DNA from: Clostridia bacterium
GTDB lineage: Bacteria > Bacillota > Clostridia > Christensenellales > UBA3700
Length of the DNA: 64,000 nt
Direction of reading: 5' to 3'
Assembly (NCBI GenBank): GCA_036659935.1
Contig: JAVXBP010000001.1
Location: forward strand, 4,067 to 68,066
Numbering within the stretch: the first letter of the stretch is position 1; every line of letters begins with the position of its first letter. This document shows, piece by piece, positions 44,077-52,873 of the stretch. Position numbers and translations under genes: made by a program. Below the pieces are notes generated by a model. The model worked only from the letters and a program-made list of their open reading frames with translations. It searched no databases and was not told where the DNA came from.

Positions 44077-45633
44077 ATGAACATAATTCCACAACCAAAC
44101 AAGGTTACGCTTTTGGGCGGAAAAATGGCGCTTGGCAAAAACACAAAGATAATTTGTCAAGATAGCCAACTCAAAGACAGCGTTGCAAAAGCGCTTGCAA
44201 AGTTCGACAACAAGTCGTCAAACTCGGTCGAATTTGTCACGGACTGCGCGATGGCAAAAGAAGAATATTCTATTGTCGCAAAGGCTGACAAAGTGGAAGT
44301 CAAGGCGAGCGGGTTCAACGGCTTTTTCTATGCGGCGCAAACTCTCTCTCAAATGCTCGACGGCGACGGCGCGGTTGAGTGTGTGACAATTTGTGACAAG
44401 CCGAGATTCGAATACAGAAGTTTTATGCTTGATTGCGCAAGGCATTTCTGGACGATAGAAAAAATCAAACAATATATCGACCTTATGGCGAGCGTAAAGC
44501 TAAACATTTTCCACTGGCATCTCTCAGAAGACCAAGGTTGGCGCGCGGAAATCAAAAAATATCCGCTTTTGACCACAAAAGGTTGCATTCGCAAAGATAC
44601 GCCGCTTTCGCTCAAGGGCTATCCTACCAAAAGGGAAGAACACGACGGCAAAGAATATGGCAGAGGCTTGTTCTATTCTCAAGAGCAAATGCGCGACATT
44701 GTCGATTACGCGAGCAAAAGAGCGGTCGAAGTCGTGCCAGAGATTGATATGCCCGGACACCTTGTCTCGGCGATATCGTGTTATCCAGAGCTTTCTTGCA
44801 CGGGCGAAAAGGTCGAAGTTTCCAACCGTTGGGGCGTGATGGACAACATCGGTTGTTGTGGAAAAGAAAATATTTATCAATTTGCAAAAGACATTGTTGA
44901 CGAATTGGTTGATATTTTTCCGTGCAAATATTTCCATATCGGCGGAGACGAAGTGCCAAAAAACAAATGGAAAACTTGTCCAAAATGCCAAGCGAAAATA
45001 AAGGAACTCGGGCTTGCGAACGAAAATGAGTTGCAGGGCTATTTCAACAACGTTATGGCGGACTATTTGAGCTCAAAAGGCAAGACAACGCTTGGCTGGA
45101 ATGAGATTCTTGAGTCAAGCAAAACACTCAACAAAAACATAATTCCACAATGGTGGACAAGGCACATTGGCTCGAGATATGAGCTCGATTGGATAGACAA
45201 CGGCGGAAAACTTGTCATTTCTATGGTCGACTTTGTCTATATGGATCACCCTTATATGAAGCGTCCGCTTGCCAAAACATACAGTTTTGCGCCGAGCAAA
45301 ATTGGCATCAAAAACGAAAGCGGCGTGCTTGGAGTTGAAGCTCCGCAATGGACGGAATATATCAGAGACGAACGTAAACTTGACTTTAACACTGTCCCAA
45401 GAATGTGCGCGATTGCGGAAGTCGGTTGGACACAAGAAACGAATATGGAATATGACGACTTCGAGAGACGCTTCGAGAGCAAGCGCGACAAGTTGCAAGC
45501 GCAAGGGCTTGTCTTGCCGAGCCAAAAAGTTTATCGTGGAAACGCTTGTTGGAATCCTTTCAAAATTCGCGATATTGGCATGGCGAAGTGGGTCGTTAAT
45601 CCTTATTTTGAGTTGGAAAAAGACGGAAAATAA
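44077..45633 (+). CDS. Beta-N-acetylhexosaminidase (GH20)
   Basis: RSFMLDCARHFW, NIFHWHLSEDQGWR and YFHIGGDEVP blocks. No signal peptide. Confidence 0.9.
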   Translation: MNIIPQPNKVTLLGGKMALGKNTKIICQDSQLKDSVAKALAKFDNKSSNSVEFVTDCAMAKEEYSIVAKADKVEVKASGFNGFFYAAQTLSQMLDGDGAVECVTICDKPRFEYRSFMLDCARHFWTIEKIKQYIDLMASVKLNIFHWHLSEDQGWRAEIKKYPLLTTKGCIRKDTPLSLKGYPTKREEHDGKEYGRGLFYSQEQMRDIVDYASKRAVEVVPEIDMPGHLVSAISCYPELSCTGEKVEVSNRWGVMDNIGCCGKENIYQFAKDIVDELVDIFPCKYFHIGGDEVPKNKWKTCPKCQAKIKELGLANENELQGYFNNVMADYLSSKGKTTLGWNEILESSKTLNKNIIPQWWTRHIGSRYELDWIDNGGKLVISMVDFVYMDHPYMKRPLAKTYSFAPSKIGIKNESGVLGVEAPQWTEYIRDERKLDFNTVPRMCAIAEVGWTQETNMEYDDFERRFESKRDKLQAQGLVLPSQKVYRGNACWNPFKIRDIGMAKWVVNPYFELEKDGK

Positions 45634-45650
45634 TAGAAAAGCTATTCAAA

Positions 45651-45693
45651 ATATCCGATTGTTGCAAACTTGTGGCAGTCGGATATTTTTTTG
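45651..45693 (+). terminator. Rho-independent terminator after the GH20 gene
   Basis: Stem ATATCCGA / TCGGATAT, extended by A-T pairs, followed by T7. Confidence 0.75.
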
Positions 45694-45757
45694 CAAAAAA
45701 CTGCAACATTACACGGAATTTGTGCTAAAATATATATGACACCAAGGGGGTATTAAT

Positions 45758-46780
45758 ATGGATTACACAGCAAAAGAAAACAGATATTCATCAATGCAAT
45801 ATGCGCGCTCAGGCAAGTCGGGGCTCGCTTTGCCACGCATTTCGCTTGGCTTGTGGCACAACTTTGGCTCAAACGCAAACATTCAAAATATGACGGAAAT
45901 GCTTACGACGGCTTTCGACAATGGCATAACTCACTTTGACCTTGCCAACAATTATGGACCTGTCGACGGCAGCGCGGAAGAAAATTTTGGCAAAATTATG
46001 TCGCAAACGCTCCGTCCTTATCGCGACGAACTTATCATATCGACAAAGGCTGGCTACAAAATGTGGGACGGCCCTTATGGCGACGGCGGCTCGCGCAAAT
46101 ATATTCTCGCAAGCCTTGACCAAAGCCTCAAAAGAATGCAAATGGGCTATGTTGACATTTTCTATCATCACCGCATGGACAAAAACACGCCGTTGGAAGA
46201 AAGTATGATGGCGCTCGACACCGCGGTCAAAAGCGGAAAGGCGCTCTATGCTGGCATATCCAACTATGACACAGAGACAATGCTCAGCGCGATTGACATT
46301 CTCAAAGATTTGAGATGCCCGTTTGTTATCAATCAAGTGCGTTATTCCATTCTTGACAGACATATCGAAAGCGACAAACTCAAAGAAAACGCTTACGCGC
46401 AAGGTTGTGGCTTGATAACTTTCAGTCCGCTTGCCCAAGGCATTCTCAGCGAAAAATATTTGGACGGAGTGCCAGACAACAGCAGAATCAAAACAGACGG
46501 AAGATTTCTCAAAGTCGAGAATCTCACCCCCGAGAAAATGCAAGCCGTGCGCAAACTTGACGCGCTTGCTGGCGAGCGTGGGCAAAGTCTCTCACAAATG
46601 GCGCTCAGTTGGATATTGAAGGACAAATATATCACAAGCGTGCTTGTGGGCGCGTCCAACTCGCAACAAATTTTGAGCAATATTGGCGCGCTCAAAAACT
46701 GCGGTTTTACTCGCGAAGAACTCAACAACATTGATATGGCGACAAAAGACGTTTGTGTCAAAGAATACAACAAAAAATAA
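45758..46780 (+). CDS. Aldo/keto reductase (YghZ/Tas-like)
   Basis: 340 aa. LGLWHNFG, HFDLANNYG and YVDIFYHHRMD are typical AKR blocks. Confidence 0.85.
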   Translation: MDYTAKENRYSSMQYARSGKSGLALPRISLGLWHNFGSNANIQNMTEMLTTAFDNGITHFDLANNYGPVDGSAEENFGKIMSQTLRPYRDELIISTKAGYKMWDGPYGDGGSRKYILASLDQSLKRMQMGYVDIFYHHRMDKNTPLEESMMALDTAVKSGKALYAGISNYDTETMLSAIDILKDLRCPFVINQVRYSILDRHIESDKLKENAYAQGCGLITFSPLAQGILSEKYLDGVPDNSRIKTDGRFLKVENLTPEKMQAVRKLDALAGERGQSLSQMALSWILKDKYITSVLVGASNSQQILSNIGALKNCGFTREELNNIDMATKDVCVKEYNKK

Positions 46781-46802
46781 AAGTAATTAAAATGGAAAAG
46801 GC

Positions 46803-46960
46803 GGAAAAACAAAACTCATTCAAAAAAAGAAAGTTCGCGTAAAATTCCTATAAGAAAGTTGTCAATAAGAAAAAAGCGAAAAAATAAAGTTTATATAAAA
46901 AAATGAAAAAACAAAACTCATTCAAAAAAAGTTTGCAAAATTCCTACAAGAAAGTTGTCA
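46803..46960. repeat. ~60-bp direct repeat, two copies (period ~102 bp), in the A-rich spacer
   Basis: GAAAAACAAAACTCATTCAAAAAAAG...AAAATTCCTA(T/C)AAGAAAGTTGTCA at 46803-46864 and 46905-46960. Confidence 0.85.
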
Positions 46961-46979
46961 GCCAAAAGGTAGATTATTC

Positions 46980-47008
46980 TTGCAAAAAGCTCGCAAAAAT
47001 GTTAGAAT
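46980..47008 (+). promoter_or_regulatory. Promoter TTGCAA-17 nt-(TGT)TAGAAT ending 6 nt before the ATG (leaderless-mRNA candidate)
   Basis: TTGCAA at 46980-46985, extended -10 TGTTAGAAT at 47000-47008, ATG at 47015. No Shine-Dalgarno in between. Confidence 0.5.
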
Positions 47009-47014
47009 GTAGTT

Positions 47015-48475
47015 ATGAAAACTTTATTTCTTTCGCTCAATTCTCAATATGTGCACACTTTGCTCGCGCCGAGATATCTTTGCGCCAACGCGGTGGGGCA
47101 AAACATCGAAATTTTGGAAACAAATGTCAATGTCAACATTGACACGCTGCTCCAACAAATTTATTGCGCAAGACCTGACACGCTCGCGATAAGTTGTTAT
47201 ATCTTCAACATATCCGTTGTAAGGAAAATTCTCGATGAGATAAAACTTTTCTTGCCAAACTTGACAATTATCCTTGGCGGTTATGAGGTTACGTTTGACA
47301 TTGAGACTTATTTGCCCTTGTGCGATTATATTATCAAAGGGGAAGGCGACTTCGTTTTTGGGCAGTTGTTGGACAGCATTGAGCGTGGCGACAACAAGTT
47401 CGACAAGGTGATTGAGGCTGGCTCGGTGGCGCATTTGGACGACATCGCGCGACCTTATACGCCTGATTATGCAGCGCTTGGCAAAGACAAAATTTTGTAT
47501 ATGGAAACGAGCCGCGGTTGCCCTTATCATTGCAGTTATTGCATGTCGGCAAACTCTCACGGCGTGAGAACTTTCAGTTTGGAAAGGACTTTTGCTGACT
47601 TTGAGGCGCTGATGGAATATGACCCGCGACAAATAAAACTTGTTGACCGCACATTCAACTTTGATATCAAAAGAGCGAACAAAATTTTCTCGTTTTTGAT
47701 AGACAAATATAATGATAGAAACACAAATTTTCACTTTGAGCTTGCGCCAGAACTTTTCGACGATGAGATTTTTGCCACCTTGCAAAGGGCGCGCAAGGGG
47801 CTTTTCCAGTTCGAGATTGGCGTGCAATCTTACAACAAAGACACGCTTGCCTTGGTCGGAAGAAGCGCGAACGTGAGCAAGATTGAGAGCAATATCACTC
47901 GACTTGTAGCCCTTGGCAACAGCCATATTCACGTCGATTTGATTGCAGGTTTGCCTGACGAAAACAAAGAAAGCTTTGTGCGTGGCTTCGACAGGCTTTT
48001 TTTGCTCAAGGCGGAAAATTTGCAACTTGGCTTTCTCAAAATTCTCAAGGGGTCGAATATGTACAATCAGCGCGCAGGTTATGTTGTGCGCACCGCTCCG
48101 CCATATGAGATTGTCAGCTCGCCACAGTTGAGCTATGACGAGATTGTAGAGTTGAAACGCGCCGAAAGCGCCCTGGAGACCTATCACAACAGCGGGCGAT
48201 TTGCAAGGGCGATAGAGATGCTTGTTCCGCAATATTTTGCGCCATATGAGTTTTTCTTGGGGCTGGGCGAGTTTGTAGAGCAATGCCGTGGCGAACACAA
48301 GGCGATGAGCGCGAGCGCGCAATGCGACGTCTTGTATGAGTTTGTCGAGAAAAATTTGCGCGGCGACGACAAAGAAGAAATTCTCACAACGCTTGTTGAC
48401 GAAATAAACGCCGACTTTGCAGCGAGTGGAAATGTCCGCAAATGGAAAAGAGTTGGCGAGAAAAGCAGTAAATAA
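47015..48475 (+). CDS. B12-binding-domain radical SAM protein (DUF4080-containing family)
   Basis: N-terminal MKTLFLSLNSQYVHTLLAPRYL. Radical SAM motif SRGCPYHCSYC. Confidence 0.8.
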   Translation: MKTLFLSLNSQYVHTLLAPRYLCANAVGQNIEILETNVNVNIDTLLQQIYCARPDTLAISCYIFNISVVRKILDEIKLFLPNLTIILGGYEVTFDIETYLPLCDYIIKGEGDFVFGQLLDSIERGDNKFDKVIEAGSVAHLDDIARPYTPDYAALGKDKILYMETSRGCPYHCSYCMSANSHGVRTFSLERTFADFEALMEYDPRQIKLVDRTFNFDIKRANKIFSFLIDKYNDRNTNFHFELAPELFDDEIFATLQRARKGLFQFEIGVQSYNKDTLALVGRSANVSKIESNITRLVALGNSHIHVDLIAGLPDENKESFVRGFDRLFLLKAENLQLGFLKILKGSNMYNQRAGYVVRTAPPYEIVSSPQLSYDEIVELKRAESALETYHNSGRFARAIEMLVPQYFAPYEFFLGLGEFVEQCRGEHKAMSASAQCDVLYEFVEKNLRGDDKEEILTTLVDEINADFAASGNVRKWKRVGEKSSK

Positions 48476-48680
48476 AATTGCAAAAACATCGAGAAAAAGA
48501 AATGAATAAAATGATAAATAGTTGATAAATTTGTGGAAAAGAAATAAATGAAATTGCAAATTATTGAAAAAGATTGTAACTATAATATTATAAATCATTG
48601 AAAAAACAGACAAAAAAATAGTAAAAAAGATAGGATACTTTATTAAAAAATTGCAAAAATATTAAAAAATAGGTGAAAAA

Positions 48681-49118
48681 ATGATATTTGACAACATAAA
48701 AAACATAAACAATTATCTTGCGAATGACAAAATTTGTGAAGCGTTGAAGCTTGCGCAAACGTTGAATGAGAATTCTCCGCTTGGCAAGGTGGTCATAAAT
48801 GACAATTTGTATTATACCGTTATGCAAATTGACGGCAACAGCGCCAGTGGCGCGAGCGCGGAAACTCACGACAAGTGGGCTGACATACAAATGGTTTTGT
48901 CGGGAAAAGAGCAAATTGGCATTGCAAAGGTCGAAGATTTGACAGTGGCAACTCCATACAACTCAGAGCGCGACATAGCGTTGTGGAAGGGCGAATTTAC
49001 TTTTTTGCAATTGCAAAAGGGCGATTTTGTAGTGTTGTTCCCACAAGAAGCGCACGCGCCAAGCCTAAATGTTGACAGCAAGCCTATCAAAAAAGCAGTT
49101 TTGAAAGTTAGAATGTAA
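48681..49118 (+). CDS. YhcH/YjgK/YiaL (DUF386, EbgC-like) family protein
   Basis: 145 aa. MIFDNIKNINNYL...ETHDKWADIQMVLSGKEQIG...FVVLFPQEAHAP follows the family pattern. Confidence 0.75.
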   Translation: MIFDNIKNINNYLANDKICEALKLAQTLNENSPLGKVVINDNLYYTVMQIDGNSASGASAETHDKWADIQMVLSGKEQIGIAKVEDLTVATPYNSERDIALWKGEFTFLQLQKGDFVVLFPQEAHAPSLNVDSKPIKKAVLKVRM

Positions 49119-49175
49119 AAATAAATTGTAAACTCATATCAAAATGTCAGTTTTCAAAATAAAATTGCATAAGTC

Positions 49176-49204
49176 TTGACTTATTGCGAAAAAAAATATA
49201 AAAT
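49176..49204 (+). promoter_or_regulatory. Sigma-A-type promoter for fhs-glnS
   Basis: TTGACT (49176-49181), 17-nt spacer, TAAAAT (49199-49204). Confidence 0.55.
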
Positions 49205-49280
49205 AATTAATAGGAGTTTGGCAAACAAAACAAATTCCTTATTTATTTTGTCTCAACAAAAAACACAAGCGGAGGAACAA

Positions 49281-50939
49281 ATGCGCAGCGATATAGAAAT
49301 TGCAAATTCTGTTGAATTGAAAAAAATAGGCGAAATAGCCTCAAAACTTGGCTTGAGCGACGACAATATTGAATATTATGGAAAATATAAGGCGAAAATT
49401 GATATCAAAAGTGGCAAATTGAGCGACAATCTCGTCTTGGTCACAGCTATCAACCCGACTGCTTTCGGCGAAGGCAAAACTACGACGTCGATTGGGCTTG
49501 CCGACGGACTCAACAAGCTTGGCAAAAGCGTTTGCCTTGCATTGCGCGAGCCGTCACTTGGTCCAGTTTTTGGCGTAAAAGGCGGAGCTACGGGCGGTGG
49601 TTTGTCGCAGGTCGCGCCAATGGAAGATATAAATTTGCACTTTACGGGCGATTTGCACGCTATCACTTGCGCCAACAATTTGATATCGGCGATTGTGGAC
49701 AATCATTTGCAACAAGGCAACGAATTGAATTTGAACCCTACCAAAATTTTGTGGAAGCGCTGTTTGGATATGAATGACCGCGCGCTCAGAAATGTTGTTT
49801 GCGGACTTGGCGGAGCGATGAATGGCGTGCCGAGAGAAGAAGGCTTCAACATTACAGCGGCGTCAGAAATAATGGCTGTCTTGTGCTTGTCGCAAGATAT
49901 GGCTGACCTCAAACGCAGAGTTGGAAACATTATCATTGGATATACTTTTGCGAACGAACCTGTTTTTTGCTCGCAACTTGGCATTGTTGACGCGGTGGCG
50001 ATTGTTCTCAAGGACGCCTTGAAGCCTAACCTTGTCCAAACGCTCGAGGGCACGCCTGCAATAATTCACGGCGGACCATTTGCGAATATCGCGCACGGTT
50101 GCAACAGCATTATCGCGACGAAAACTGCCTTGTCGCTTGCCGACATCGTGGTGACGGAAGCTGGCTTTGGCGCTGACCTTGGCGCGGAAAAGTTTTTTGA
50201 CATCAAGTGTCGCGTGGCAGGCTTGAGACCAAAAGCGGTTGTGCTTGTGGCGACAATCAGAGCCTTGAAATATAATGGCGGAGTCAAAAAAGAGGACGTC
50301 AAACAAGAAAATATGCAAGCGCTGCAAGACGGCATTTGCAATCTTGTGGGACATATCGAAAATATCAAAAATGTATATGGCATAAACGCGGTTGTCGCGA
50401 TAAACAAATTTACTGCTGACACTGAGAGAGAAACAAATTTTGTCGCTGACACTTGCAAAGCGCTTGGCGCGAAATGCGAGTTGTGCGAATGTTGGGGAAA
50501 GGGCGGCGACGGCGCGATTGACTTGGCGAAAGCTGTCATAGAAGCTATGCAAGAGCCGAACGACTTCCATTTTGCATATGAGACAGAACAAACAATAGAA
50601 GAAAAAATCACGGCGATTGCGACAAAAGTTTATGGCGCGAGCGGTGTGGAAATATTGCCAAAGGCGAAACAAAGCATTGCTCAAATTGTGGCGATTGGCA
50701 AAGACAAATTGCCTGTTTGCATTGCAAAAACGCAATATTCGTTCTCTGACGACGCGACAAAACTTGGCAGACCGCAAGGCTTTGTCTTGCAAGTTCAAGA
50801 AGTCCAACTCAGGGGCGGAGCGGAATTTTTGGTGGCGGCGTGTGGCAACATTATGCTGATGCCGGGGCTGAGCAAAAAACCTAGCGCGTGTGAGATGACG
50901 ATTGACTCAAAAACATTAGAAATTAAGGGGTTGTTCTAA
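49281..50939 (+). CDS. fhs: Formate--tetrahydrofolate ligase
   Basis: True start MRSDIEIANSV after GGAGG. PTAFGEGKTTTSIGL and the remaining length are typical of Fhs. ORF-track start 49176 rejected. Confidence 0.95.
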   Translation: MRSDIEIANSVELKKIGEIASKLGLSDDNIEYYGKYKAKIDIKSGKLSDNLVLVTAINPTAFGEGKTTTSIGLADGLNKLGKSVCLALREPSLGPVFGVKGGATGGGLSQVAPMEDINLHFTGDLHAITCANNLISAIVDNHLQQGNELNLNPTKILWKRCLDMNDRALRNVVCGLGGAMNGVPREEGFNITAASEIMAVLCLSQDMADLKRRVGNIIIGYTFANEPVFCSQLGIVDAVAIVLKDALKPNLVQTLEGTPAIIHGGPFANIAHGCNSIIATKTALSLADIVVTEAGFGADLGAEKFFDIKCRVAGLRPKAVVLVATIRALKYNGGVKKEDVKQENMQALQDGICNLVGHIENIKNVYGINAVVAINKFTADTERETNFVADTCKALGAKCELCECWGKGGDGAIDLAKAVIEAMQEPNDFHFAYETEQTIEEKITAIATKVYGASGVEILPKAKQSIAQIVAIGKDKLPVCIAKTQYSFSDDATKLGRPQGFVLQVQEVQLRGGAEFLVAACGNIMLMPGLSKKPSACEMTIDSKTLEIKGLF

Positions 50940-50954
50940 CAACAAGGGATATAT

Positions 50955-52586
50955 ATGGAAGAAAACAAATCAACAAACTTTATAGAAGAAATAATCAACA
51001 ACGACTTGGCGGAAGGAAAGTGCGCGGAGATTATCACGCGTTTTCCACCAGAGCCAAACGGCTATTTGCATATTGGTCACGCAAAATCGCTGTGCATAAA
51101 CTTTGGTATGAAAGAAAAATATCACGGCAAATGCAACTTGCGTTATGACGACACCAACCCAAGCAAAGAGGATGTCGAATATGTCAATTCTATCAAAGAA
51201 GATATCAAATGGCTCGGCTTTGATTGGGATGCGGAATTGTATGCGTCGGACTATTTTGGCAGAATGTATGAGTGCGCGGTTGACCTTATCAAAAAGGGGC
51301 TCGCATTTGTGTGCGACTTTGACGCGGAACAAATCAGAACGTCGCGTGGCACTTTGACCGAATCAGGCAAAGAAAGCCCAAATCGCAATCGTCCGATAGC
51401 GGAAAATTTGCAACTTTTCGAAGATATGCGCGCTGGCAAATATGCTGACGGCGAAAAAGTTTTGAGAGCAAAAATTGATATGTCAAGCCCAAATATAAAT
51501 ATGCGCGACCCAGTAATCTATCGCATTTTGCGCGCGACTCATCATCGCACGGGCGACGCGTGGTGCATTTATCCAATGTATGACTTTGCTCATCCGTTGG
51601 AGGACGCATTCGAAGGCATTACTCACAGCATCTGCACGTTGGAATTCGAAGACCACCGCCCACTCTATGATTGGGTGAAAATAAATTGCGGTTTTGGCAG
51701 TTTGCCAAGGCAAGTTGAGTTCGCAAGACTGGGAATGACGCGCACGATTATGTCCAAGCGTTATCTCAAAAAGCTCGTGGAAGAAGGCAAGGTTGCAGGT
51801 TGGTCTGACCCGAGAATGCCTACGCTCAGCGGTATGCGCGAAAGAGGTTATCCTGCGCAAGCGATAAAGAACTTTTGCGAAGCGATTGGCGTGTCAAAGG
51901 CTAACAGCGAAGTTGACGTCACAATGTTGGAATTTTTTGTAAGAGATTATCTCAATGCGCGCGCAAATCGTATGATGGTTGTCAAAAATCCTATCAAATT
52001 GACAATCGAAAATGCGCTCAACAACGAAGAATATGACTTGGAAAACAACCCGAACGAAGAAGTAAAAACTTTCCACAAAGTAAGTTTTGGCAGGAATTTG
52101 TTTATTGACAGCGATGACTTTGCGGTCAATCCACCGCCAAAATATAAGCGCCTTGTTCCTGGTGGAATGGTGCGCTTGAAGGGCTCATATATCTTGGAAT
52201 ATGTCTCGCACAATTGCGACGGCGACGGAAATGTTCAAGAAGTCATTTGCAAGCTTATCCCTGACAGCATCAGCGGCGGCGCAAATGCCGGCATAAAAGT
52301 CAAAGGTGTAATTCAGTGGGTGAACGCCGACGATTGCGTTGAGCTCACCTTGCACGAATATGACTATCTTTTGATGGACGGCGATGGCGACTTCTCAGAA
52401 AGACTTACGCCAGAAAGCCACAAAATTTGTCTCGCAAAGGGCGAAAAAGCTCTTGCGAACGCGCAAGCTTATGACAAATTCCAGTTTATGAGAATGGGCT
52501 ATTACAGCGCTGTCAAAAATTATGGAAAAGACGGCAAGTACGAATTCAATCTTATCACAGGTCTCAAAGACAGTTTTAAACAATAA
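50955..52586 (+). CDS. glnS: Glutamine--tRNA ligase
   Basis: HIGH region PEPNGYLHIGHAKS and KMSKS-type TIMSKR. 543 aa. 15 nt after fhs. Confidence 0.9.
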   Translation: MEENKSTNFIEEIINNDLAEGKCAEIITRFPPEPNGYLHIGHAKSLCINFGMKEKYHGKCNLRYDDTNPSKEDVEYVNSIKEDIKWLGFDWDAELYASDYFGRMYECAVDLIKKGLAFVCDFDAEQIRTSRGTLTESGKESPNRNRPIAENLQLFEDMRAGKYADGEKVLRAKIDMSSPNINMRDPVIYRILRATHHRTGDAWCIYPMYDFAHPLEDAFEGITHSICTLEFEDHRPLYDWVKINCGFGSLPRQVEFARLGMTRTIMSKRYLKKLVEEGKVAGWSDPRMPTLSGMRERGYPAQAIKNFCEAIGVSKANSEVDVTMLEFFVRDYLNARANRMMVVKNPIKLTIENALNNEEYDLENNPNEEVKTFHKVSFGRNLFIDSDDFAVNPPPKYKRLVPGGMVRLKGSYILEYVSHNCDGDGNVQEVICKLIPDSISGGANAGIKVKGVIQWVNADDCVELTLHEYDYLLMDGDGDFSERLTPESHKICLAKGEKALANAQAYDKFQFMRMGYYSAVKNYGKDGKYEFNLITGLKDSFKQ

Positions 52587-52608
52587 TTCGCCTTTTTGTT
52601 CATTTTTT

Positions 52609-52640
52609 CCGCCTTGGGAGTTTTCCAAGGCGGTTTTTTT
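52609..52640 (+). terminator. Rho-independent terminator after glnS
   Basis: 9-bp stem CCGCCTTGG / CCAAGGCGG followed by T7. Confidence 0.9.
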
Positions 52641-52873
52641 ACGCTCAATTATTGATAAATATTTGTATTATAATATAGGAAAGCAATTTTGGCTGGAAAA
52701 AAAGCAAATTTACTCATTTTGAAAGTTAAAATAACGATAATTTTGAGAATTTTGAAAATAATTAAAAAAAAATTAAAAAAGTTGTTAAAAACGCTTTACT
52801 TCTTTAGTTTAATGAAGTATAATACAAACATAAGAACGATTTAGCACACTAAATCACGAAAGGAGATCTAAAA

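Noticed and set aside
46903-47142. 79-codon ORF beginning in the A-rich spacer and running into the radical SAM gene
   Set aside because: It is generated by the second copy of the 60-bp repeat, overlaps the real gene out of frame, and its product is low-complexity.
47024-48613. 529-codon ORF on the minus strand, longer than the radical SAM gene it overlaps
   Set aside because: It is codon-for-codon antisense to the sense gene: its codon boundaries have the same phase as the frame starting at 47015. It stays open only because the sense gene locally lacks TTA, CTA and TCA codons. The translation is low-complexity with no recognisable motif, whereas the sense strand has a clear radical SAM CxxxCxxC motif and family N-terminus.
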